Source: Macrostomum lignano
Taxonomy: Eukaryota
Assembly (NCBI GenBank): GCA_002269645.1
Contig: NIVC01004856.1
Location: 1 to 33,126 of the forward strand
DNA: 33,126 bases
Direction of reading: 5' to 3'
Part shown: one piece after another, positions 12,252-23,465 of the stretch
Position numbering within the stretch: the first letter of the stretch is position 1
Layout of the letters: the number at the start of each line of letters is the position of its first letter
Made by a program: the position numbers and the translations under genes
Notes under the pieces: model-generated
The model's input: only the letters and a program-made list of their open reading frames with translations
Databases searched by the model: none
What the model was told of the DNA's origin: nothing

Positions 12252-12888
12252 TTACTTGTAATAGCATATGGAGGATTCGGGAATCCGACAGGCTGGGGGC
12301 GGAACGATTAACAGTTGGAGGATTCGGGAATCCGACATCTTCTCTTCAGCCTTTTGGCTTCCGAACAATGATGGGTGAGCTGGCTGTTGGTTCATCATGA
12401 TCAACATGATCATCATCATTAGAGACATTTTTCTCAATTTAACTTGTATAAAGTTGTATAAAGGTTTTTGCTGTTTTCTTAGATCCTTTCCGCTGACACC
12501 AAGGTTGTTGTAGGGCTATCTTCTTAGTAAAGTCTTGATCTCAATGATGCCACCAAAGTTGTCGCAGCTTTCCCACCGCTTCTACCAAAGTTGTTGTAGA
12601 TCTTATATATGATTAATTTCTCAATAGATCTTTTAAATTTGCATAAAATTATGGCCCTTTTAGACTCTAGAAATGGTAGCATATGGTAGCGTATCTATCT
12701 CAATTATGGTAGCGTATTTATGTCAAATGACCGAGTTTTTAGTTACATATTTATTTCATATAATATAATATTTATTTCATACATTTCACTAAGGTATTTA
12801 TTATTAAGCTTGTTAGGCTGATCTGGTTTGTAATATTCAGTCCGCTTTTAAGGCGTTACCAATGATCTAAGGATTACAGCTTTTCTTC

Positions 12889-12910
12889 TATATATATATA
12901 TATATATATA
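12889..12910. repeat. (TA)n microsatellite
   Basis: Seen directly. Confidence 0.9.
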
Positions 12911-14429
12911 TCTCTGAAAATGAATAACTCCTTTAGAAAGCACACTTGAGTCTTTTCTACATGTATTTCAATGTTTTCACATTGTGAAGAGTTGATTCGG
13001 GAGGTGATCAGTCTCCCGAAAACTCCCACTTCCAGACACTTAAGCCTGGGAACAAAATCAGTGATCACTTCCTGTTGCGGGCTCCTCTTCTTTGTCGCGC
13101 GCGTCTGTAGAGCTCGTCTCCGTAGAGCTGTTCCTCCCGGGGTAGTCTTCTTGAAGTCTAGAGTCGGCCGAAAGTGAGAGCGTAACAATTAAATCGACGT
13201 CGCAGTATTTCTTCGGGTGCAGAATTCGATGTATTCCTCGAGTGCATAAATCAATATCAACGATGCGCCCTTATAATAAAATCAACTTTCTATAATAAAA
13301 CGAGGTCCTCCAAGAAGGGCGTCTTCTTCTAGAAATAACGGAATCGGAGTCGTGTGCTCCTATCGGTTAATCTAGGATAAACAAAATCAATCAATCGATA
13401 ATCCTCTAAGGGTATCGGAATCGGTCCGCAGATCCTATCCAATCCCTTAGGAAAACGGGAGGTCTCAAATTCGATGAATTCATTCAAATCGACTGGACAG
13501 TAACAGCCGACTATGAATCGCTCTCAAATCAATAACAAAGGCTCGAGCAACGGCTCACCAATTGGTTTACTTCTCTCTCAGAGATGTAGCCTCGCTTAGC
13601 TGTTCCAGCAAGCTCCAAGATATTTTAAGAGGCTGCTCCGAGTCTGAGATTTCAGCTCGGATTTTTCGTTTATATTTATACACAATTTGTCGGCCTTGAG
13701 TCGGCCTTGAGCTCAAAACCGGTTTTTTTGATGAGTTCACGAAAAGAATTTTAATATTTGACAGGTGGGGTTTTTGAATAGAAATGGGTGAGACTTGGGT
13801 TACATTCAGGTTAACATTTACCATATTTGGGAGTTCTAAAAATAGATGTCGAGAACCGGTTTTTCGGACAATAGCGTAGTCACTCGCTGTTTGCGTGATA
13901 TTACTGGTATTACTATAAATAGAGTATGACGCATAGCTATTTTTAAATTTGTGTTCATAATTTTATCTTACTACTTCTAGTACGCTACCATGTTTAGAGA
14001 TCTCTACAATTGCCAGCACTGTAGGGTTTGTTTTTCTCTCTACTTCTACTCGTGTATTTATAGTCTTTCTCCTTCTATTTTAGTAAAACAAAGGGGTAGC
14101 ATGAGATTATTCGGTGCATTAAAACAATATGGAAATTGTTCGTTGCAGATAAACAAAATGGGAATTGTTCGGTGCAGATAAACAAAAATGTGACGGTTTC
14201 CTAGACATAGATTTAAAAATGAAAAACGTAGCAATTTTCTTTTGTATCTACATCAACTAATTACCTCCCTTAACAAACTTTTTTTAACAATTAGTGAGAA
14301 AAATTTGCGGAAGGCATTCAGGACACAATCAAATGCTTAGAAACAGTAATATGACATTTACAAAAGTCTGGTAAGGTAACTCGCTTTATAAGCAACAGGA
14401 ACAGAAATGAAATCGCCAACATATGTTTA

Positions 14430-14476
14430 AAATGCCGAAGCTTTTCGTCCTAAGCGGACATCGTCAGGGTCGATTT
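14430..14476 (-). ncRNA. Minimal type I hammerhead ribozyme
   Basis: Minus strand: AAAUCGACC CUGACGA U GUCC-GCUUA-GGAC GAAA AGCU UC / GGCAUUU. Conserved CUGANGA and GAAA boxes, 4-bp stem II, palindromic mini stem III, UUC cleavage triplet (cleavage after 14437). Confidence 0.7.
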
Positions 14477-14741
14477 ATTGAAAAACGAAAACACAGGTGT
14501 TTAAAAGTAGGTTGTTGTACATTGTGAGTTAAAGTCCGATGGACAGGTCAAAAGGCGAACCATGATCAAGAGGTTGGAGAGGAACGCACACACAGCGCAG
14601 AGAGAGAGCGTGCCTCATACGTCAGAACACTTGGAGCTGTTGGCTTGCACCGTTCCCCGCTAATTGGACATTAAGGTTTGGCTTGAGGGCCTTGATGTAC
14701 AAGGCTTCAAGAATGGTCAGTTTGTAATCTTGCCTTTTATT
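14430..14741 (-). mobile_element. 3' fragment of a Penelope-like retroelement (GIY-YIG C-terminus + pLTR)
   Basis: Minus 14741-14622 translates NKRQDYKLTILEALYIKALKPNLNVQLAGNGASQQLQVF*, the typical PLE LxILEALYIxxxKPxLN tail, followed by AATAAA and a hammerhead core. Confidence 0.8.
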
Positions 14742-14834
14742 ACGCTTAGTATAGTTACATAGAAGGTAGTTATATAGCAAAGCTATATAACAGCAAAGCT
14801 ATATAACTACTTGCTATATAACTATACTAAGCGT
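14742..14834. repeat. Palindromic mini-element, arms of about 37 bp (ACGCTTAGTATAGTTA...TAACTATACTAAGCGT)
   Basis: Outer 16 bp perfectly inverted; further inverted TAGTTATATAGC/GCTATATAACTA inside. Confidence 0.7.
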
Positions 14835-15472
14835 CTATTTCTGCAGTGTAGCGTAGATCCTCCCTATTAAATTGGACTATCGAGCCTAATTAAACTGAAA
14901 GAACATGCTCTTAGAACACGGAGCATGCGCCGATTAGCCTATGATGCGCTCCTCGTGCATGCTCAGAAATCGTTTCCTCAAAATTGAAAACTGACTTCTG
15001 TACTACTGTACAAAACACAACTGAGATTTATATTATCAGGAAGAAGACTTCCAGGCGCGTCATCTGAAATAAGTTTTTTAACTCGCTAAATCATATAGAA
15101 CCGCAAAATTAGTCGAGTTAAATAATTGTCTTACTTTTTGTACAGGTTCAACATCTGAAGCAAACTCAACAAAACGTGCAAAAATGTGCGCTTTAATGTG
15201 GAGCTGCGTTCTTAAATGATTCGTTAAATAGACGCGTGAACATCATGCGAAAACAGTTCATTTAAAATTCGACGCCCTGTTTCTCAAAAATGTACCTATT
15301 GTTTTCATATGATCTTATGAGAAAGTAAAATTTATCTATTTGCCCTCATTTAAAGCCAACAAATCAAAAATCGTGTATTAGGATTCCTTATTTTCGAAGT
15401 TTAAAAATTGTACAGCATTTTTGCTCGTATACACCTTGTACAGGTACAAAGTACGCAATCCCGTGTACATAT

Positions 15473-15835
15473 TGTAGTATCCTTGCAAATAACGAACACT
15501 GCAGAGGCTCCGTGTAGTAGAGTTATAGTTGAAACGGATGTGCGCCGATAGCAAGCACTCGGCAGTAGATTTGTTTGAAGCGTGTATTTGTAGTAGTCTG
15601 GGCTAGCAATAGTAGCTGGAGGACCCCAAAGGAGTCTTGGTTATGACTGCGCGTGGAGTTTCTATTTATAGGCGGGAGCGCGAGGGAGAACTTTCCAGAA
15701 GGATACCATACATGGCACGCGCGCACACGAGAGAAGGGTCGAGAAGATTCTGGAATAAACAAATGAACTCACGCATTATAACAAATGAGGGAAGTTTCTA
15801 GAAACTTCCAGAATAATTGCACGATCGCCATAACA
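15473..15835 (-). mobile_element. Solo LTR (363 bp) with 5-bp TSD CATAT
   Basis: Minus strand starts TGTTAT and ends ACTACA; TATAAATA near 15670; CATAT at 15468-15472 and 15836-15840. Confidence 0.85.
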
Positions 15836-16806
15836 CATATCCTCAAGTGTCTAAGTGTCCCGTGTACATTACCTTGTTGGAAAGAGAATCTAGGTAGAAT
15901 CTAGTTTAATGCCACCAAGCTTCTGCTTGATCTTGCGCCGTTCAAAAGTTGTGCGTCAGTGTTGAAAATGGGTCGAAATGCAGGTGCAAAATTTTGAGGT
16001 TTTTTCAAACCCTGCTCGGCACGAGTATATCGTATAGGCGTCAAAGTATACCAAACCGTTACCACATATGCTGGCAACAATTATGCACGAACCACTAAGC
16101 TGCACCATAAAGGGTACAATTAATTGTTTGTTTGTGGCCAGCAAAGGAGTAAAAAAAGACACGTTTCTCGACCTTCAAGCCGGAAATATTCGATACAATG
16201 TATGTAAACAAACTAATACAAAAAGAACTATTTACGTAACACCTAAATGATTGCAAGGACATGCGTTGTGAAGCACAAAAAGTGTTACTTCTACATCAGG
16301 TAAGCCTTGAAAGTGCACCTTTAAAAAATGTACTTTTACAGTACACTTGTACTTTTGTACAACAGGTGTACGATTCGAAATTTTTATATCTTGATCAAAT
16401 AGCCCGCGGTGTCCTCATTGTACCCCTACAAGCTCAAATTCGACGTATTCGACCTTTTCGCTGCCCTGCAACAAACTAAAAAAATGAAAATTTTTGCAAC
16501 TTAAAAAATACATTTTTCACATTTTATACCGAAAAGTGCAAATGCACCAAAAATCATTATTGTGTCTAGACATCGCGGGCTATATCGTGAAAATAATCGT
16601 CAATGTGCTGCCCCGGAATAAGTAGTCTATGGCCGAATTTGTGCCAGGAAAGTAAACGGATATGTAACGTATATATCCGTTAAAAACAGATTTAACCATT
16701 GATGAACTATAGATCGATTGAACGTAGGTTTTGTCATTAATATTATTACCAAGAACACACTAAGCAATTCGTCCACTGCTTATAGCTATTCACCGCTTTC
16801 ATACAG

Positions 16807-18253
16807 TCACAAGAAGAAGCTAATTTTAGCACCATCCTTCTCCAAAGTTGCGATTGGGTTGCGCGACGGACCAGACTCGTTGGTCCCTGATTCACGGCGT
16901 TCGATTGCAAGCACCTTTGACGTAGTAGTCTCGTGGTGCAAACCTGCCGTGAGACTGCGAGAAACCTGGATCTTCCTTTTCTCAGAGATGCGTTTGGTGT
17001 ACCGGCCGACGGATTCATCGTGGCGATGGCCTACAAATAAGCGGGAGAATAAATCTAGAATCTTAAGTTATGTGAAATAGGATACATTTTTTCATATTTA
17101 GCGCGCTACTGACCTGTAACAGCCTTGATTTCTTCCATGGAATGACCAGCTTCAGCCAGGTTCGTCTCGGTCGTAGTTCTGACGCAATGGTTGGTGTAGA
17201 CGGCTCAGTCCGGCACGCTCAGAAATTTTCTTCATCATCTCGTTTAGCATGTTCGTGCCAAGAACGCAGGTTGAGGACTACCAATTTTCTGATCCAGGTT
17301 TGATCTTGAGAGGTTTCGGAAAAAGCACACTGACCTGCTGTGGAACCTTAGATAGGTACATCTCCACGGCTGCAACAGGGCATCGGGCATCGTCGGTTGC
17401 GAAAAGACGAAACTGTTTGCCGTCCGTCCAATCCCTCTCGGTGATTGTTTTCTCAGCTCCATCCTTGACCAGATCGACACACTTGACGCCGTTCTCTGAC
17501 GAGACAATCAGGTCTGACTTCTTCAGAGCTCGGATCGACTCTCTGCCACGGAAGCCAAAGTGGTACATAACCAAAAAGAAGATCTCGTCTTGAAGCTTCT
17601 GTGGATTACTTTTATCAAAGTACCCGCACAGCTTGTCCATATCGCTAGCGGTGATAGCCCGATACCCAAAGCTGTCGCCAATTGACCGCAGCATGCCGTT
17701 GTACGTTTGATTACTACGGCGAAATACGTCATCTCCGATCAAGTTTGTTCCACGAACATCCCGAAGGTAGCGATGAATACTCGCTCGAAAACAGCGCAAC
17801 CTGTCGGGAGCGTAATAGCGCTCGCCATCTTGATCAACAATCTTGAGGTTCACATACCACAGTCGCAAATAACTATCCACATACCGCAGCGGCATTATTT
17901 GTATAGATTTCATCCGGTAGATTTCTCCCCCGTAGAAACTCTTTCAGGCGAGAAACGTGCAGTTTTGTCTGGGCCACGGTTGCGGCAGATTTGAAGTCCT
18001 CCTCCACCTTTGAAATCAAGGCCAAATCAGCTTGATCCAGCTCCACCGGTGTTGTTTCCATGCTAGTGACCTCCTCGGAGTCTAGCTCAGTCGAAAATTT
18101 ATCCAGAAATTCACTGTCCTCCAGTGAAACTCCAGTGTATTGGTTGATTACGCCAGGCGCATCTAGGCTCATCGACAGCCGAGAGACGAACTCGTATTCC
18201 TGCCGTTCGAGCCCGGCGATTTCTCCCTCGGCAATTCTTGCTAAATTTATCAT
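16807..18253 (-). pseudogene. Crypton-like tyrosine recombinase (DUF3504-type) no. 1, with an 83-bp intron (17031-17113)
   Basis: GFRGRES (catalytic R), RCPV, YTNHCVR (HxxR), and spliced TG|HRHDESVGRY (H/Y). Frameshifts near 17900 and 17200, nonsense TAG at 17278-17280. Confidence 0.85.
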
Positions 18254-18743
18254 GTTGGCTTGCAAAGCGAGCAGAAGAACTGCAAAGACTTGAATGATTG
18301 TTAAATGAGAATGAAAATCAGAACTGAAAGAGCTCAGATAGCAGGATTCAGATTCTCGAAAAACTTGTCTATGGCTTCGCCCCCACACCCAATTTGTACT
18401 CAGCCTCGCAGCGGGCCGAAATGACGATTCGGCCCGGGAATTTTGTCTGCCTAAACCTGCCTAGCCCGGCATCTGGAGCGGGCCGAAATGAAATTATTAT
18501 GGCCCGCGAATTCGACACAATATAGATATTTCTACCCCATTTGGCCGCTCCATATATATCTATGGTTCAATGCAACAATCCTTTCTTTGGCCCGGCCAAA
18601 GAAACAGCGGTCCGGGCCAGAGAAATCAACTCAACAACAGTGTATTTATTATCAGAAAGTGATGTAATAAAACAACATTAACAATGCAATATTAAAGGAA
18701 GGAATTTTTTACGATGCTGTATTTTGTCACTTCAATCATTCAA

Positions 18744-19262
18744 TCATTCGAAATACGAGTAGATGCTCACTTTGTTTGTATCGCCACACACCTCCAGGCG
18801 CATTCTCTTCACCCTTGGTCGACCACTGCCAACGCCACCGTCCATCTCGTCTCCAGCCCCGGCCGGCTCGGTTTTTGCTGCACTTTCCGGTTTCGTTTCA
18901 GCAGCTGCAGATCCAGCTAGGATGGCGCTGAAAGTTTTCTCTTGACTCATTGAGATGCCAATGTAGCGCTCTAAAGCGTTGCTACTGTGCCCGGTCACAC
19001 GTGCTATGTCAGCTCGTTGCACGCCAGCCTCGTTCAGGGTGGTAGCGCAGGTCTTGCGTAGACTTTGATTCGTGTAGCGTGTACCATCACCAGGCGAAAC
19101 ATCGTTCACTAAAGTCTTGACAGTGTCAGCCAGGGTATGCCGTCTCATTGGCGTCCGCATAAACCACTCGGCGCGGCTGTCTGGCTTCCACTGACGATTG
19201 CATGACAAGATAAGAGCTTCATGGCACTCACGTGGCCGACGCGCGCAGTAGTCCGTGTACAC
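18744..19262 (-). pseudogene. Crypton-like tyrosine recombinase no. 2, C-terminal fragment
   Basis: WFMRTPMRRHTL, YTNQSLRKTCATTLNEAG, VTGHSSNALERY; cut off at its 5' side by a MITE. Confidence 0.8.
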
Positions 19263-19264
19263 AC

Positions 19265-19598
19265 AGACTAGAGTGTGACAAAAAACAGCTAGCCATTAGT
19301 TCGTTCCTAAGCTGTTGGATTGCTTGGCAAACCGGAAGTCAATCGATGCCGACTAATAGGGGGCCTATTGAATTGTCATCCTCAGAGATCTCAGATGTGT
19401 TAAGCCGATAAGAGGTCTCTGCTGGTAGCTCGTTTGCTATTACAGACGACGAAGGCCCTGAATTGTGAGCATAATTCCCAAGCATCTCTTAAAGTATTCA
19501 AAGTGGTGACATACGAATTTACTTAAAATTATGAGGACACTGAATGTTAGGAACGATCATTCCAATGGCTAGCTGTTTTTTGTGTCACACTCTAGTCT
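19265..19598. mobile_element. MITE-like element with inverted termini of about 33 bp
   Basis: AGACTAGAGTGTGACAAAAAACAGCTAGCCATT versus the reverse complement of AATGGCTAGCTGTTTTTTGTGTCACACTCTAGTCT; TSD ambiguous (TA or CTAG). Confidence 0.75.
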
Positions 19599-19784
19599 CT
19601 TCCAAGGAATTTTACCTTAATGACCAGCGTTTTCGAAATCTTTGCTAGTCTTTTTTCCGGCAGCAGGAGCCTCAATGATTTTGCATCTTTACCTGATGAA
19701 GCACATTGAGCACTGGTAGCACATGCTGTACTGGAGCCTGCAGCACTTACAGAAAATACAAACAAACAAATGCAGGCACATATA

Positions 19785-20450
19785 CGAGGGGTGTACTGAA
19801 AGTTTTGAGATGCAACAAAACCAAAAGTTTCTGAGGCAAAATTTCTGTCACAATTTTTAAAAGTAGTTGCCACCAACTTGCACACATTTCTTTATCCGGT
19901 GAAACCACCGTGTCCATGCTCCAGCCCACTGTTCTTCAGGCACTGCTGAAACCACCCGCTCGAACTCGATTCTTGCTGCTTCAGGGCTCTCAAACCGAGT
20001 CCCACGAAATTGGTTCTTCACCAAAGGGAAGAGAAAGAAGTCGCAGGGTGCCAGGTCGGGCAAATATGCAGGATGCGTCACCAGCCGGACTCCATTCTTG
20101 GCCAGAAATGCCAATGTTGCAGCAGCCGTTTGCGCACTGGCATTGTCGTGGTGCAGCAGCAGGCCACGGTGCGCGGCCGGCGTCTGCGCCAAGCATCGAA
20201 CACCAGCGGCAGGCACTGGTTGATATACCAGCCGGCATTGACTGTACGCCTGTCCTGGAGCGCTACAGTCGCCAGGTGGCTAGCCTGGCTGAAGAAAGTC
20301 GCCACCATCTGGTTCCCGACGCTGCGGGCTCGCCTGATCTTTGTTGGACTGGCATCATCCGGAAGGAGCCAAACTGCCGACAGCTGCTTGGTTTCTGGGT
20401 CGCACTGGTAGACCCAGGTCTCGTCCATCGTAGCAATTCTAATCTGTTCA
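19785..20450 (-). mobile_element. Mariner DD34D transposon, 5'-truncated, frameshifted
   Basis: DETWV, HHDNAS...HPAYLPDLAPCDFFLFP (34 residues between D2 and D3); 3' TIR TA|CGAGGGGTGTACTGAA at 19783-19800. Confidence 0.9.
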
Positions 20451-20791
20451 CTTAGAGATTCTGCTTTTCATTCAGCTATTTATTTTCATGACAATATGCT
20501 CTCTATTTTCAACTTTATCTTTTCGTATTAGTAGCATGATATGGTTGTTCCTTAATGTAAACGAGAAAAAAGCTAAAGAATTACGCAACTTGGCGGATAA
20601 TGACAAATAAAAACCCAGAAAATCATACTATAAATGTATTTACTTAAAGTTTTTCAATGACTCCCGCGGTTGAACATTAAACCTTTAGTACTTAATTAAC
20701 ACGGCAGCAGAGCATTTTTTAAATAACACAATAGCGCAACCTTGTCTAAAAAACACAGAAGAGCACACTAAACAGTAGTGGCCACTATTAA

Positions 20792-22267
20792 CAGTAGGAA
20801 TACCAAGCCATTTTTCCGCCCGTCGAACTACCAAGGGGGGGGAAATTTCCCCCCCCCCTGACAATTTTTTTTGCTGCGCCGGAACGGAGCAACGCAGGCA
20901 CACGAAATTCAAGAACACGGGCTAACTTTTTGTTGCGCACCTTCTCAAACAAGAATCAAGTCGCCAGCCCTCCGGACCGTCGAGATATTCGACGATTCTG
21001 CCAGAAGGTCGGATTTTTCCCATAAGCGCTAGTGTATTCAGTACACCCCTGTGCGCCAATTAGCACTGCGCCTCAGTGCAGCCTTGCCAAGTCTCCAAAT
21101 TTCATCAGCACGTCGACCACATGTGTCTGCATTAGTTCTGACTTCGTTGGTCACTAGCCTTCACCCAGGTGGAGCTTCTGGACCCTCAACAGCTGTGGCA
21201 CCAGGTGACTATGGACACCCTGATGCGGATTTCTCTAGTTTCGCCGATCAAGCCTCGACAGTGGGCAAGAATCAGCCGCCAGACATTCTCAGCTAGTCTC
21301 TCAAGCATTCCGTCATCATTCCGACGCCGTCGGCTCCTTCAACAGATTACACCAGGTGACTATGGACAGCCTGATAAGAATTTCTCTAGTTTCGCTGATC
21401 AAGCCTCGACAGTGGGCAAAAATCAACTGCTGGACATCCTCAGCTAGTCATTCAAGCATTCAGCCATCACCCCGACGCCGTCGGCACCTTCAACAGGTGG
21501 CACCAGGTGACTATGAAGATCCTGTTGGAACTATGTCAGATTTTTCTTATCAAGCTTCAATAATGGGCAAACCTCAACCGATGGACATTGTCAGCTAGTT
21601 TCTCGAGCATTCCGTCATCACCCCGATGCCGTCGGCACCTTCAACAGATTACACCAGGTGACTATGGACACCCTGATGCTGATTTCTCTAGTTTCGCCGA
21701 TCAAGCCTCGACAGTGGGCAAGCCTCAACTTCTGAAAACCCTCAGCTAGTCTCTCGAGCCTTCCGTCACCACCCTGACGCCGTCAGCACCTTCAACAGGT
21801 GGCACCAGGTGACTACGGACATCCTGTTGCAAATATGTTAGATTTTTCTTATCAAGCTTCAATAATGGGCAAACCTCAACCGATGGACATTGTGAAGGCT
21901 GATGGACACCGATGGACACCTGGGTGAAGGCTAGTGACCAACGAAGTCAGAACTAACGCAGACACATGTGGTCGACGTGCTGATGAAATTTGGAGACTTG
22001 GCAAGGCTGCACTGAGGCGCAGTGCTAATTGGCGCACATGGGTGTACTGAATACACTAGCGCTTATGGGAAAAATCCGACCTTCTGGCAGAATCGTCGAA
22101 TATCTCGACGGTCCGGAGGGCTGGCGACTTGATTCTTGTTTGAGAAGGTGCGCAACAAAAAGTTAGCCCGTGTTCTTGAATTTCGTGTGCCTGCGTTGCT
22201 CCGTTCCGGCGCAGCAAAAAAAATTGTCAGGGGGGGGAAATTTCCCCCCCCCTTGGTAGTTCTACTG
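20792..22267. mobile_element. TTAA-flanked foldback element with long inverted arms and an internal satellite
   Basis: TTAA|CAGTAG...CTACTG|TTAA (TTAA at 20788-20791 and 22268-22271); arms 20825-21171 and 21917-22262 are reverse complements with about 2 substitutions plus homopolymer-length differences; no transposase seen. Confidence 0.75.
21180..21900 (+). repeat. 151-bp tandem repeat, about 5 units, with an alternating (about 302-bp) pattern
   Basis: CCAGGTGAC at 21201, 21352, 21503, 21654, 21805; units alternate GTGGCACCAGG and ATTACACCAGG. Confidence 0.92.
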
Positions 22268-22271
22268 TTAA

Positions 22272-23170
22272 GCCGAGAAAAACTCGCCGACCACACAGTG
22301 AGAACGTCTTCTTCTAGAAGCACAGTTTCCCTGTCTTCATAGACCTGAACGTCATAGAAGTCCGCAGCATTAGTCTGAACCTGTGGGCCTACATGTCTCC
22401 TATCGTTCCCGTCCTGATTTCGTGGATTGCACTTTGTCCGTTTTGATTCAGTCTTTCTGGCTTGCCTCCCTTGTTGGACGTGCCCATCATTCTTTATTCT
22501 CGGTTTCTTTGCTGACGGTGCCCGCGCGTACGAACAGACAAAAAACGATGCAAAAACGGTGTAAAACGTTGGACTTCTTTTAAAAATCTCAGTGACAAAT
22601 GCAGGATCTTCTGTTCCTTGCCGTCGTTTCCGATTTGCTATACCGTATAAGTATGGCAGGCCGTTCGGCGTGTGATTTTGAACCGTCAAAAGATTCAAAG
22701 TTCGTTTGTACTTTATCCGAACGAAATCAGGTAGGGAGATTCGTTAGCGTTTGTCTGCTGAGACAGTTCGTTCTTTACTAGTTGAAAATTATTTTCAGCT
22801 GTAACGTTAGAGTACCAAGACTTCACTTATGTAATGTTTGTGTAATACTCTACAATGAAGGGGTGCCAGTGGCAGCCATCGTTCGATTAGGAACGAGAGT
22901 AGAGCCTTTGAATAATCATTATTCTTGACGTGCTCTTGTAAACACTCTGGTGAGGAGGCATGGAACTTTTCAAAGAGGTGATTGTCTACGCAATGAGTTA
23001 ACTGTTCGCTCATCATCTGGGTAGAATGTGCAGCGGCTGGTCGAAGCATCGTCATCGCCCAAAACGGTCTCGGTGTCAGGCAAGAAATTTCAGTTAGAAA
23101 CGTTGTCCACGAGCTACATCCGTGTTCAGGAACTGAATGTTTGGAGCCAAACAATGCGATAACTTGCTTC
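22272..23170 (-). pseudogene. MULE/NOF-FB-like transposase remnant, 3' part
   Basis: KNNDYSKALLSFLIERWLPLAPL and SNVTAENNFQLVKNEL resemble the Mutator C-terminal TNxxxExxFxxxK motif; continues across the P-element TSD from 26491. Confidence 0.45.
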
Positions 23171-23465
23171 GCTACGGTCACAGATTCTATATTACCTAGA
23201 TTGGTCACTCCAAGAGAAATCGTTCGCTCATCGAAAACCCAGTGTTTTTGCCACAGACGCGAGTTGAATACTGCCGCATTAACATATATTTTTAGTAAAC
23301 TATGTTATTTGCCTTTAACGCTAGGCGAGCCAATATTGAGAAATGACTTTTAATTGGAGAAAACGCGAGTAACAATTTTCTGAGCCGAATATTTATTGAA
23401 TGCGCGGAACATTAAAACAAATAAAGATATTATTACTTCCATAAAGATATGGTGATTAAACAAGC

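Larger units (their letters stand above)
10158..12290 (+). mobile_element. Internally deleted BEL/Pao LTR retrotransposon ending in an inverted copy of its LTR start
   Basis: LTR-like start TGTCGG, PBS, zinc-finger + DUF1759-like Gag, BEL-type pre-RT motif LPHFPVVKESSNTTKIRPVVDA; 43-bp inverted repeat 10158-10200 / 12248-12290. Confidence 0.85.

Noticed and set aside
12829-13816. Possible second LTR (CGTAAC...GTTACA-type termini, AATAAA, small hairpin near 12996-13020)
   Set aside because: No consistent TG...CA pair with a TSD, PBS or adjacent coding sequence; left unannotated
14858-15440. Probable non-autonomous DNA transposon sequence (also 15900-16600, 28983-29150 and 31140-31400)
   Set aside because: TE-like texture, but no TIR pair or TSD could be defined
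21051-21900. Repetitive protein (PGDYGHPDADFSSFADQAS) encoded by the 151-bp units
   Set aside because: The period is not a multiple of 3, and a TAG recurs at the same position in the units that extend that far; a decayed coding origin cannot be fully excluded
22272-22380. Ulp1-like protease start (VYEDRETVLLEEDVLTVW) at the MULE C-terminus
   Set aside because: Resemblance is too weak and no catalytic His/Asp/Cys motifs were seen
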